DNA of 64,000 bases, from NCBI RefSeq assembly GCF_009914755.1, contig NC_060944.1; one strand, 5' to 3'. Source of the stretch: the human T2T-CHM13v2.0 reference genome, Homo sapiens. Shown one piece after another: positions 25,601 to 39,300 of the stretch; within the stretch, counting starts at the first letter, position 1, and each line of letters starts with the position of its first letter. The notes under the pieces are model-generated. The model did not search any database. It saw only the letters and a list, made by a program, of their open reading frames with translations, and had not been told where the DNA came from. Made by a program: the position numbers and the translations under genes.

Positions 25601-27531
25601 AGAGCAGCTTTGAAACACTCTTTTTGTAGAATCTGCAAGAGGATATTTGGATAGCTTGGAGGATTTCGTTGGAAACGGGTATCTCTTCAGATAAACTCTA
25701 GACAGAAGCATTCTCAGAAACTTCTTTGGGATGTTGCATTCAAGTCACAGAGTAGAACATTCCCATTCATAGAGCAGATTTGAAACACTCTTTTTGTAGT
25801 ATCTGGAAGTGGACATTTGGAGCGCTTTCAGGCCTATGTTGAAAAAGGAAATATCTTCCCATAAAAACTAGACGGAAGCATTCTCAGAAACTTATTTGTG
25901 ATGTGTTTGCTCAACTAACAGGATTGAACCATCGTTTTGAAGGAGCAGTTTTGAAACACTGTTTTCGTGGAATCTGCAAGTGGATATTTGGCTAGCTTTG
26001 AGGATTTCGTTGGAAACGGGATTACATATAAAAAGGAGACAGCAGCATTCTCAGAAACTTCTTTGTGATGTCTGCATTCAATTCACAGAGTTGAGCATTC
26101 CCTTTCATAGAGCAGGTTGGAAACACTCTTTTTGTAGTATCTGGATGAGGACATTTGGAGCGCTTTCAGGCGTATGGTGAAACAGGAAATATCTTCCCGT
26201 AAAAACTAGACAGAAGCATTCTCAGAAGTTTATTTGTGATGTGTGCCCTCAACTAACAGAGTTGAACCTTTCTTTTGATAGAGCAGTTTTGAAACACTCT
26301 TTTTGTAAAATCTGCAAGAGGATATTTGGATAGCTTTGAGGATTTCGTTGCAAACGGGAATGGCTTCATATAAACTCTAGACAGAAGCATTCTCAGAAAC
26401 TTCGTTGGGATGTTTCGATTGAAGTCCCAGTGTTGAACATTCCCTTTTATAGAGCAGGTTGGAAACACTCTTTCTGCATTCCCTGGAAGTGGACATTTGG
26501 AGCGCTTTCAGGACGACGGTGAAAATGGAAATATCTTCCAAGAAAATCTAGATAGAAGCAATGTCAGAAACTTTTATGTGATGGATCTACTCAGCTAACA
26601 GAGTTGAACCTTTCTTTTGAGAGAGCAGTTTTGCAACACTCTTTTTGTGGAATATGCAAGTGGATATTAGGGCAGCTTTGAGGATTTCGTTGGAAATGGG
26701 AATACATGTAAAAAGCAGACAGCAGCATTCTCAGAAACTTCTTTGTGATGTTTGCATTGAAGTCACAGAGTTGAACATTCCCTTTGAGAGAGCAGGTTTG
26801 AAACACGCCTTTTGTCATATCTGGAAGTGTCCATTCGGAGCGCATTCAGGCTTGTGTTGAAAAAGGAAATATCCTCCCATAAAAACTAGACAGAAGCATT
26901 CTCAGAAACTTATCTGTGATGTATGTACTCAACTAACAGAACTAAACCATCGTTTTGAAGGAGCAGTTTTGAAACACTCTTTTTGCGGAATCTGCAAGTG
27001 GATATTTGGCTAGCTGGGAGGATTTCGTTGGAAACGGGATTACATACAAAAAGCAGACAGCAGCATTCTCAGAAACTTCTTTGTGATGTTTGCATTCAAG
27101 TCACAGAGTTGAACATTCCCTTTCATAGAGCAGGTTTGAAACACTCTTTTTGTAGTATCTGGATGTGGACATTTGGATCGCTTTCAGGCCTATGGTGAAA
27201 AAGGAAATATCTTCCCATGAAAACTAGACAGAAGCATTCTCAGAAACTTATTCGTGATGTGTGCCCTCAACTGACAGTGTTGAACCTTTGTTTTGATAGA
27301 GCAGTTCTGAAACACACTTTTTGTAAAATCTGTAAGAGGATATTTGGATAGCTTTGAGGATTTCGTTGGAAACGGGAATGTCTTCATGTAAACTCTAGAC
27401 AGAAGCATTCTCAGAAACTGCTTTGGGATGTTTCAATTGAAGTCCCAGTGTTGAACATTCCCATTCATAGAGCAGGTTTGAAACACTCTTTTTGTACTAT
27501 CTGGAAGTGGACATTTGGAGCGCTTTCAGGT

Positions 27532-30500
27532 CTACGGTGAAAAAGGAGATATCTTCCAATAAAAACTAGATAGAAGCAATGTCAGAACTTTTTTCATGAT
27601 GTATCTACTCAGCAAACAGAGTTGAACCTTTCTTTTGAGAGAGCAGTTTTGAAACACTCTTTTTGTGGAATATGCAAGTGGGTATTAGGCCAGCTTGGAG
27701 GATTTCGTTGGAAACGGGAATACGTATAAAAAGCAGACAGCAGCATTGTCAGAAACTACTTTGTGATGTTTGCATTCAAGTCACAGAATTGAACACTCCC
27801 TTTCACAGAGCAGGTTTGAAACACTCTTTTTGTAGTGTCTGTAAGTGAACATTTGGATTGCTTTCAGGCCTAAGGTGAAAAAGGAAATATCTTCCCATAA
27901 AAACTAGACAGAAGCATTCTCAGAAACTTGTTTGTGATGTGTGCCCTCTACTGACAGAGTTGAACCTTTCTTTGCAAAGAGCAGTTTTGAAACACTCTTT
28001 TTGTAGAATCTGCAAGAGGATATTTGGATAGCTTTGAGGATTTCTTGGGAAACGGGAATGTCTTCAGATAAACTCTAGACAGAAGCATTCTCAGAAACTT
28101 CTTTGGGATGTTTCAATTGAAGTCACAGTGTTGAACATTCCCTTTCACAGAGCAGGTTTGAAACACTCTTTTTGTAGTGTCTATAAGTGAACATTTGGCG
28201 TGCTTTCAGGCCTAACGTGAAAAAGGAAATATCTTCCCATAAAAACTAGACAGAAGCATTCTCAGAAACTTGTTCTTGATGTGTGCCCTCTACTGACAGA
28301 GTTGAACCTTTCTTTGCAAAGAGCAGTTTTGAAACACTCTTTTTGTAGAATCTGCAAGAGGATATTTGGATAGCTTTGAGGATTTCTTGGGAAACGGGAA
28401 TGTCTTCAGATAAACTCTAGACAGAAGCATTCTCAGAAACTTCTTTGGGATGTTTCAATTGAAGTCACAGTGTTGAACATTCCCTTTCACAGAGCAGGTT
28501 TGAAACACTCTTTTTGTAGTGTCTATAAGTGAACATTTGGCGTGCTTTCAGGCCTAACGTGAAAAAGGAAATATCTTCCCATAAAAACTAGACAGAAGCA
28601 TTCTCAGAAACTTGTTCTTGATGTGTCCCCTCTACTGACAGAGTTGAACCTTTCTTTGCAAAGAGCAGCTTTGAAACACTCTTTTTGTAGAATCTGCAAG
28701 AGGATATTTGGATAGCTTGGAGGATTTCGTTGGAAACGGGTATCTCTTCAGATAAACTCTAGACAGAAGCATTCTCAGAAACTTCTTTGGGATGTTGCAT
28801 TCAAGTCACAGAGTAGAACATTCCCATTCATAGAGCAGATTTGAAACACTCTTTTTGTAGTATCTGGAAGTGGACATTTGGAGCGCTTTCAGGCCTATGT
28901 TGAAAAAGGAAATATCTTCCCATAAAAACTAGACGGAAGCATTCTCAGAAACTTATTTGTGATGTGTTTGCTCAACTAACAGGATTGAACCATCGTTTTG
29001 AAGGAGCAGTTTTGAAACACTGTTTTCGTGGAATCTGCAAGTGGATATTTGGCTAGCTTTGAGGATTTCGTTGGAAACGGGATTACATATACAAAGGAGA
29101 CAGCAGCATTCTCAGAAACTTCTTTGTGATGTCTGCATTCAATTCACAGAGTTGAGCATTCCCTTTCATAGAGCAGGTTGGAAACACTCTTTTTGTAGTA
29201 TCTGGATGAGGACATTTGGAGCGCTTTCAGGCGTATGGTGAAAAAGGAAATATCTTCCCGTAAAAACTAGACAGAAGCATTCTCAGAAGTTTATTTGTGA
29301 TGTGTGCCCTCAACTAACAGAGTTGAACCTTTCTTTTGATAGAGCAGTTTTGAAACACTCTTTTTGTAAAATCTGCAAGAGGATATTTGGATAGCTTTGA
29401 GGATTTCGTTGCAAACGGGAATGGCTTCATATAAACTCTAGACAGAAGCATTCTCAGAAACTTCGTTGGGATGTTTCGATTGAAGTCCCAGTGTTGAACA
29501 TTCCCTTTTATAGAGCAGGTTGGAAACACTCTTTCTGCATTCCCTGGAAGTGGACATTTGGAGCGCTTTCAGGACGACGGTGAAAATGGAAATATCTTCC
29601 AAGAAAATCTAGATAGAAGCAATGTCAGAAACTTTTATGTGATGGATCTACTCAGCTAACAGAGTTGAACCTTTCTTTTGAGAGAGCAGTTTTGCAACAC
29701 TCTTTTTGTGGAATATGCAAGTGGATATTAGGGCAGCTTTGAGGATTTCGTTGGAAACGGGAATACATGTAAAAAGCAGACAGCAGCATTCTCAGAAACT
29801 TCTTTGTGATGTTTGCATTGAAGTCACAGAGTTGAACATTCCCTTTGAGAGAGCAGGTTTGAAACACGCCTTTTGTCATATCTGGAAGTGTCCATTCGGA
29901 GCGCATTCAGGCTTGTGTTGAAAAAGGAAATATCCTCCCATAAAAACTAGACAGAAGCATTCTCAGAAACTTATCTGTGATGTATGTACTCAACTAACAG
30001 AACTAAACCATCGTTTTGAAGGAGCAGTTTTGAAACACTCTTTTTGCGGAATCTGCAAGTGGATATTTGGCTAGCTGGGAGGATTTCGTTGGAAACGGGA
30101 TTACATACAAAAAGCAGAGAGCAGCATTCTCAGAAACTTCTTTGTGATGTTTGCATTCAAGTCACAGAGTTGAACATTCCCTTTCATAGAGCAGGTTTGA
30201 AACACTCTTTTTGTAGTATCTGGATGTGGACATTTGGATCGCTTTCAGGCCTATGGTGAAAAAGGAAATATCTTCCCATGAAGACTAGACAGAAGCATTC
30301 TCAGAAACTTATTTGTGATGTGTGCCCTCAACTGACAGTGTTGAACCTTTGTTTTGATAGAGCAGTTCTGAAACACACTTTTTGTAAAATCTGCAAGAGG
30401 ATATTTGGATAGCTTTGAGGATTTCGTTGGAAACGGGAATGTCTTCATGTAAACTCTAGACAGAAGCATTCTCAGAAACTGCTTTGGGATGTTTCAATTG

Positions 30501-30592
30501 AAGTCCCAGTGTTGAACATTCCCATTCATAGAGCAGGTTTGAAACACTCTTTTTGTACTATCTGGAAGTGGACATTTGGAGCGCTTTCAGGT
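27532..30592 (+). repeat. 18-monomer HOR variant U11 (3061 bp), extra dimer ~28277-28618
   Basis: Marker spacing 27663 to 30724 is 3061; the TTTCTTGGGAAACGGGA dimer is duplicated. Confidence 0.93.
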
Positions 30593-33311
30593 CTACGGTG
30601 AAAAAGGAGATATCTTCCAATAAAAACTAGATAGAAGCAATGTCAGAACTTTTTTCATGATATATCTACTCAGCAAACAGAGTTGAACCTTTCTTTTGAG
30701 AGAGCAGTTTTGAAACACTCTTTTTGTGGAATATGCAAGTGGGTATTAGGCCAGCTTGGAGGATTTCGTTGGAAACGGGAATACGTATAAAAAGCAGACA
30801 GCAGCATTGTCAGAAACTACTTTGTGATGTTTGCATTCAAGTCACAGAATTGAACACTCCCTTTCACAGAGCAGGTTTGAAACACTCTTTTTGTAGTGTC
30901 TGTAAGTGAACATTTGGATTGCTTTCAGGCCTAAGGTGAAAAAGGAAATATCTTCCCATAAAAACTAGACAGAAGCATTCTCAGAAACTTGTTTGTGATG
31001 TGTGCCCTCTACTGACAGAGTTGAACCTTTCTTTGCAAAGAGCAGTTTTGAAACACTCTTTTTGTAGAATCTGCAAGAGGATATTTGGATAGCTTTGAGG
31101 ATTTCTTGGGAAACGGGAATGTCTTCAGATAAACTCTAGACAGAAGCATTCTCAGAAACTTCTTTGGGATGTTTCAATTGAAGTCACAGTGTTGAACATT
31201 CCCTTTCACAGAGCAGGTTTGAAACACTCTTTTTGTAGTGTCTATAAGTGAACATTTGGCGTGCTTTCAGGCCTAACGTGAAAAAGGAAATATCTTCCCA
31301 TAAAAACTAGACAGAAGCATTCTCAGAAACTTGTTCTTGATGTGTGCCCTCTACTGACAGAGTTGAACCTTTCTTTGCAAAGAGCAGCTTTGAAACACTC
31401 TTTTTGTAGAATCTGCAAGAGGATATTTGGATAGCTTGGAGGATTTCGTTGGAAACGGGTATGTCTTCAGATAAACTCTAGACAGAAGCATTCTCAGAAA
31501 CTTCTTTGGGATGTTGCATTCAAGTCACAGAGTAGAACATTCCCATTCATAGAGCAGATTTGAAACACTCTTTTTGTAGTATCTGGAAGTGGACATTTGG
31601 AGCGCTTTCAGGCCTATGTTGAAAAAGGAAATATCTTCCCATAAAAACTAGACGGAAGCATTCTCAGAAACTTATTTGTGATGTGTTTGCTCAACTAACA
31701 GGATTGAACCATCGTTTTGAAGGAGCAGTTTTGAAACACTGTTTTCGTGGAATCTGCAAGTGGATATTTGGCTAGCTTTGAGGATTTCGTTGGAAACGGG
31801 ATTACATATAAAAAGGAGACAGCAGCATTCTCAGAAACTTCTTTGTGATGTCTGCATTCAATTCACAGAGTTGAGCATTCCCTTTCATAGAGCAGGTTGG
31901 AAACACTCTTTTTGTAGTATCTGGATGAGGACATTTGGAGCGCTTTCAGGCGTATGGTGAAAAAGGAAATATCTTCCCGTAAAAACTAGACAGAAGCATT
32001 CTCAGAAGTTTATTTGTGATGTGTGCCCTCAACTAACAGAGTTGAACCTTTCTTTTGATAGAGCAGTTTTGAAACACTCTTTTTGTAAAATCTGCAAGAG
32101 GATATTTGGATAGCTTTGAGGATTTCGTTGCAAACGGGAATGGCTTCATATAAACTCTAGACAGAAGCATTCTCAGAAACTTCGTTGGGATGTTTCGATT
32201 GAAGTCCCAGTGTTGAACATTCCCTTTTATAGAGCAGGTTGGAAACACTCTTTCTGCATTCCCTGGAAGTGGACATTTGGAGCGCTTTCAGGACGACGGT
32301 GAAAATGGAAATATCTTCCAAGAAAATCTAGATAGAAGCAACGTCAGAAACTTTTATGTGATGGATCTACTCAGCTAACAGAGTTGAACCTTTCTTTTGA
32401 GAGAGCAGTTTTGAAACACTCTTTTTGTGGAATATGCAAGTGGATATTAGGGCAGCTTTGAGGATTTCGTTGGAAACGGGAATACATGTAAAAAGCAGAC
32501 AGCAGCATTCTCAGAAACTTCTTTGTGATGTTTGCATTGAAGTCACAGAGTTGAACATTCCCTTTGACAGAGCAGGTTTGAAACACGCCTTTTGTCATAT
32601 CTGGAAGTGTCCATTCGGAGCGCATTCAGGCTTGTGTTGAAACAGGAAATATCCTCCCATAAAAACTAGACAGAAGCATTCTCAGAAACTTATTTGTGAT
32701 GTATGTACTCAACTAACAGAACTAAACCATCGTTTTGAAGGAGCAGTTTTGAAACACTCTTTTTGCGGAATCTGCAAGTGGATATTTGGCTAGCTGGGAG
32801 GATTTCGTTGGAAACGGGATTACATACAAAAAGCAGACAGCAGCATTCTCAGAAACTTCTTTGTGATGTTTGCATTCAAGTCACAGAGTTGAACATTCCC
32901 TTTCATAGAGCAGGTTTGAAACACTCTTTTTGTAGTATCTGGATGTGGACATTTTGATCGCTTTCAGGCCTATGGTGAAAAAGGAAATATCTTCCCATGA
33001 AAACTAGACAGAAGCATTCTCAGAAACTTATTTGTGATGTGTGCCCTCAACTGACAGTGTTGAACCTTTGTTTTGATAGAGCAGTTCTGAAACACACTTT
33101 TTGTAAAATCTGCAAGAGGATATTTGGATAGCTTTGAGGATTTCGTTGGAAACGGGAATGTCTTCATGTAAACTCTAGACAGAAGCATTCTCAGAAACTG
33201 CTTTGGGATGTTTCAATTGAAGTCCCAGTGTTGAACATTCCCATTCATAGAGCAGGTTTGAAACACTCTTTTTGTACTATCTGGAAGTGGACATTTGGAG
33301 CGCTTTCAGGT

Positions 33312-36300
33312 CTACGGTGAAAAAGGAGATATCTTCCAATAAAAACTAGATAGAAGCAATGTCAGAACTCTTTTCATGATGTATCTACTCAGCAAACAGA
33401 GTTGAACCTTTCTTTTGAGAGAGCAGTTTTGAAACACTCTTTTTGTGGAATATGCAAGTGGGTATTAGGCCAGCTTGGAGGATTTCGTTGGAAACGGGAA
33501 TACGTATAAAAAGCAGACAGCAGCATTGTCAGAAACTACTTTGTGATGTTTGCATTCAAGTCACAGAATTGAACACTCCCTTTCACAGAGCAGGTTTGAA
33601 ACACTCTTTTTGTAGTGTCTGTAAGTGAACATTTGGATTGCTTTCAGGCCTAAGGTGAAAAAGGAAATATCTTCCCATAAAAACTAGACAGAAGCATTCT
33701 CAGAAACTTGTTTGTGATGTGTGCCCTCTACTGACAGAGTTGAACCTTTCTTTGCAAAGAGCAGTTTTGAAACACTCTTTTTGTAGAATCTGCAAGAGGA
33801 TATTTGGATAGCTTTGAGGATTTCTTGGGAAACGGGAATGTCTTCAGATAAACTCTAGACAGAAGCATTCTCAGAAACTTCTTTGGGATGTTTCAATTGA
33901 AGTCACAGTGTTGAACATTCCCTTTCACAGAGCAGGTTTGAAACACTCTTTTTGTAGTGTCTATAAGTGAACATTTGGCGTGCTTTCAGGCCTAACGTGA
34001 AAAAGGAAATATCTTCCCATAAAAACTAGACAGAAGCATTCTCAGAAACTTGTTCTTGATGTGTGCCCTCTACTGACAGAGTTGAACCTTTCTTTGCAAA
34101 GAGCAGTTTTGAAACACTCTTTTTGTAGAATCTGCAAGAGGATATTTGGATAGCTTTGAGGATTTCTTGGGAAACGGGAATGTCTTCAGATAAACTCTAG
34201 ACAGAAGCATTCTCAGAAACTTCTTTGGGATGTTTCAATTGAAGTCACAGTGTTGAACATTCCCTTTCACAGAGCAGGTTTGAAACACTCTTTTTGTAGT
34301 GTCTATAAGTGAACATTTGGCGTGCTTTCAGGCCTAACGTGAAAAAGGAAATATCTTCCCATAAAAACTAGACAGAAGCATTCTCAGAAACTTGTTCTTG
34401 ATGTGTCCCCTCTACTGACAGAGTTGAACCTTTCTTTGCAAAGAGCAGCTTTGAAACACTCTTTTTGTAGAATCTGCAAGAGGATATTTGGATAGCTTGG
34501 AGGATTTCGTTGGAAACGGGTATCTCTTCAGATAAACTCTAGACAGAAGCATTCTCAGAAACTTCTTTGGGATGTTGCATTCAAGTCACAGAGTAGAACA
34601 TTCCCATTCATAGAGCAGATTTGAAACACTCTTTTTGTAGTATCTGGAAGTGGACATTTGGAGCGCTTTCAGGCCTATGTTGAAAAAGGAAATATCTTCC
34701 CATAAAAACTAGACGGAAGCATTCTCAGAAACTTATTTGTGATGTGTTTGCTCAACTAACAGGATTGAACCATCGTTTTGAAGGAGCAGTTTTGAAACAC
34801 TGTTTTCGTGGAATCTGCAAGTGGATATTTGGCTAGCTTTGAGGATTTCGTTGGAAACGGGATTACATATACAAAGGAGACAGCAGCATTCTCAGAAACT
34901 TCTTTGTGATGTCTGCATTCAATTCACAGAGTTGAGCATTCCCTTTCATAGAGCAGGTTGGAAACACTCTTTTTGTAGTATCTGGATGAGGACATTTGGA
35001 GCGCTTTCAGGCGTATGGTGAAAAAGGAAATATCTTCCCGTAAAAACTAGACAGAAGCATTCTCAGAAGTTTATTTGTGATGTGTGCCCTCAACTAACAG
35101 AGTTGAACCTTTCTTTTGATAGAGCAGTTTTGAAACACTCTTTTTGTAAAATCTGCAAGAGGATATTTGGATAGCTTTGAGGATTTCGTTGCAAACGGGA
35201 ATGGCTTCATATAAACTCTAGACAGAAGCATTCTCAGAAACTTCGTTGGGATGTTTCGATTGAAGTCCCAGTGTTGAACATTCCCTTTTATAGAGCAGGT
35301 TGGAAACACTCTTTCTGCATTCCCTGGAAGTGGACATTTGGAGCGCTTTCAGGACGACGGTGAAAATGGAAATATCTTCCAAGAAAATCTAGATAGAAGC
35401 AATGTCAGAAACTTTTATGTGATGGATCTACTCAGCTAACAGAGTTGAACCTTTCTTTTGAGAGAGCAGTTTTGCAACACTCTTTTTGTGGAATATGCAA
35501 GTGGATATTAGGGCAGCTTTGAGGATTTCGTTGGAAACGGGAATACATGTAAAAAGCAGACAGCAGCATTCTCAGAAACTTCTTTGTGATGTTTGCATTG
35601 AAGTCACAGAGTTGAACATTCCCTTTGAGAGAGCAGGTTTGAAACACGCCTTTTGTCATATCTGGAAGTGTCCATTCGGAGCGCATTCAGGCTTGTGTTG
35701 AAAAAGGAAATATCCTCCCATAAAAACTAGACAGAAGCATTCTCAGAAACTTATCTGTGATGTATGTACTCAACTAACAGAACTAAACCATCGTTTTGAA
35801 GGAGCAGTTTTGAAACACTCTTTTTGCGGAATCTGCAAGTGGATATTTGGCTAGCTGGGAGGATTTCGTTGGAAACGGGATTACATACAAAAAGCAGAGA
35901 GCAGCATTCTCAGAAACTTCTTTGTGATGTTTGCATTCAAGTCACAGAGTTGAACATTCCCTTTCATAGAGCAGGTTTGAAACACTCTTTTTGTAGTATC
36001 TGGATGTGGACATTTGGATCGCTTTCAGGCCTATGGTGAAAAAGGAAATATCTTCCCATGAAGACTAGACAGAAGCATTCTCAGAAACTTATTTGTGATG
36101 TGTGCCCTCAACTGACAGTGTTGAACCTTTGTTTTGATAGAGCAGTTCTGAAACACACTTTTTGTAAAATCTGCAAGAGGATATTTGGATAGCTTTGAGG
36201 ATTTCGTTGGAAACGGGAATGTCTTCATGTAAACTCTAGACAGAAGCATTCTCAGAAACTGCTTTGGGATGTTTCAATTGAAGTCCCAGTGTTGAACATT

Positions 36301-36372
36301 CCCATTCATAGAGCAGGTTTGAAACACTCTTTTTGTACTATCTGGAAGTGGACATTTGGAGCGCTTTCAGGT
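33312..36372 (+). repeat. 18-monomer HOR variant U13 (3061 bp), extra dimer ~34057-34398
   Basis: Marker spacing 33443 to 36504 is 3061; same structure and SNPs as U11. Confidence 0.93.
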
Positions 36373-39300
36373 CTACGGTGAAAAAGGAGATATCTTCCAA
36401 TAAAAACTAGATAGAAGCAATGTCAGAACTTTTTTCATGATATATCTACTCAGCAAACAGAGTTGAACCTTTCTTTTGAGAGAGCAGTTTTGAAACACTC
36501 TTTTTGTGGAATATGCAAGTGGGTATTAGGCCAGCTTGGAGGATTTCGTTGGAAACGGGAATACGTATAAAAAGCAGACAGCAGCATTGTCAGAAACTAC
36601 TTTGTGATGTTTGCATTCAAGTCACAGAATTGAACACTCCCTTTCACAGAGCAGGTTTGAAACACTCTTTTTGTAGTGTCTGTAAGTGAACATTTGGATT
36701 GCTTTCAGGCCTAAGGTGAAAAAGGAAATATCTTCCCATAAAAACTAGACAGAAGCATTCTCAGAAACTTGTTTGTGATGTGTGCCCTCTACTGACAGAG
36801 TTGAACCTTTCTTTGCAAAGAGCAGTTTTGAAACACTCTTTTTGTAGAATCTGCAAGAGGATATTTGGATAGCTTTGAGGATTTCTTGGGAAACGGGAAT
36901 GTCTTCAGATAAACTCTAGACAGAAGCATTCTCAGAAACTTCTTTGGGATGTTTCAATTGAAGTCACAGTGTTGAACATTCCCTTTCACAGAGCAGGTTT
37001 GAAACACTCTTTTTGTAGTGTCTATAAGTGAACATTTGGCGTGCTTTCAGGCCTAACGTGAAAAAGGAAATATCTTCCCATAAAAACTAGACAGAAGCAT
37101 TCTCAGAAACTTGTTCTTGATGTGTGCCCTCTACTGACAGAGTTGAACCTTTCTTTGCAAAGAGCAGCTTTGAAACACTCTTTTTGTAGAATCTGCAAGA
37201 GGATATTTGGATAGCTTGGAGGATTTCGTTGGAAACGGGTATGTCTTCAGATAAACTCTAGACAGAAGCATTCTCAGAAACTTCTTTGGGATGTTGCATT
37301 CAAGTCACAGAGTAGAACATTCCCATTCATAGAGCAGATTTGAAACACTCTTTTTGTAGTATCTGGAAGTGGACATTTGGAGCGCTTTCAGGCCTATGTT
37401 GAAAAAGGAAATATCTTCCCATAAAAACTAGACGGAAGCATTCTCAGAAACTTATTTGTGATGTGTTTGCTCAACTAACAGGATTGAACCATCGTTTTGA
37501 AGGAGCAGTTTTGAAACACTGTTTTCGTGGAATCTGCAAGTGGATATTTGGCTAGCTTTGAGGATTTCGTTGGAAACGGGATTACATATAAAAAGGAGAC
37601 AGCAGCATTCTCAGAAACTTCTTTGTGATGTCTGCATTCAATTCACAGAGTTGAGCATTCCCTTTCATAGAGCAGGTTGGAAACACTCTTTTTGTAGTAT
37701 CTGGATGAGGACATTTGGAGCGCTTTCAGGCGTATGGTGAAAAAGGAAATATCTTCCCGTAAAAACTAGACAGAAGCATTCTCAGAAGTTTATTTGTGAT
37801 GTGTGCCCTCAACTAACAGAGTTGAACCTTTCTTTTGATAGAGCAGTTTTGAAACACTCTTTTTGTAAAATCTGCAAGAGGATATTTGGATAGCTTTGAG
37901 GATTTCGTTGCAAACGGGAATGGCTTCATATAAACTCTAGACAGAAGCATTCTCAGAAACTTCGTTGGGATGTTTCGATTGAAGTCCCAGTGTTGAACAT
38001 TCCCTTTTATAGAGCAGGTTGGAAACACTCTTTCTGCATTCCCTGGAAGTGGACATTTGGAGCGCTTTCAGGACGACGGTGAAAATGGAAATATCTTCCA
38101 AGAAAATCTAGATAGAAGCAACGTCAGAAACTTTTATGTGATGGATCTACTCAGCTAACAGAGTTGAACCTTTCTTTTGAGAGAGCAGTTTTGAAACACT
38201 CTTTTTGTGGAATATGCAAGTGGATATTAGGGCAGCTTTGAGGATTTCGTTGGAAACGGGAATACATGTAAAAAGCAGACAGCAGCATTCTCAGAAACTT
38301 CTTTGTGATGTTTGCATTGAAGTCACAGAGTTGAACATTCCCTTTGACAGAGCAGGTTTGAAACACGCCTTTTGTCATATCTGGAAGTGTCCATTCGGAG
38401 CGCATTCAGGCTTGTGTTGAAACAGGAAATATCCTCCCATAAAAACTAGACAGAAGCATTCTCAGAAACTTATTTGTGATGTATGTACTCAACTAACAGA
38501 ACTAAACCATCGTTTTGAAGGAGCAGTTTTGAAACACTCTTTTTGCGGAATCTGCAAGTGGATATTTGGCTAGCTGGGAGGATTTCGTTGGAAACGGGAT
38601 TACATACAAAAAGCAGACAGCAGCATTCTCAGAAACTTCTTTGTGATGTTTGCATTCAAGTCACAGAGTTGAACATTCCCTTTCATAGAGCAGGTTTGAA
38701 ACACTCTTTTTGTAGTATCTGGATGTGGACATTTTGATCGCTTTCAGGCCTATGGTGAAAAAGGAAATATCTTCCCATGAAAACTAGACAGAAGCATTCT
38801 CAGAAACTTATTTGTGATGTGTGCCCTCAACTGACAGTGTTGAACCTTTGTTTTGATAGAGCAGTTCTGAAACACACTTTTTGTAAAATCTGCAAGAGGA
38901 TATTTGGATAGCTTTGAGGATTTCGTTGGAAACGGGAATGTCTTCATGTAAACTCTAGACAGAAGCATTCTCAGAAACTGCTTTGGGATGTTTCAATTGA
39001 AGTCCCAGTGTTGAACATTCCCATTCATAGAGCAGGTTTGAAACACTCTTTTTGTACTATCTGGAAGTGGACATTTGGAGCGCTTTCAGGTCTACGGTGA
39101 AAAAGGAGATATCTTCCAATAAAAACTAGATAGAAGCAATGTCAGAACTCTTTTCATGATGTATCTACTCAGCAAACAGAGTTGAACCTTTCTTTTGAGA
39201 GAGCAGTTTTGAAACACTCTTTTTGTGGAATATGCAAGTGGGTATTAGGCCAGCTTGGAGGATTTCGTTGGAAACGGGAATACGTATAAAAAGCAGACAG

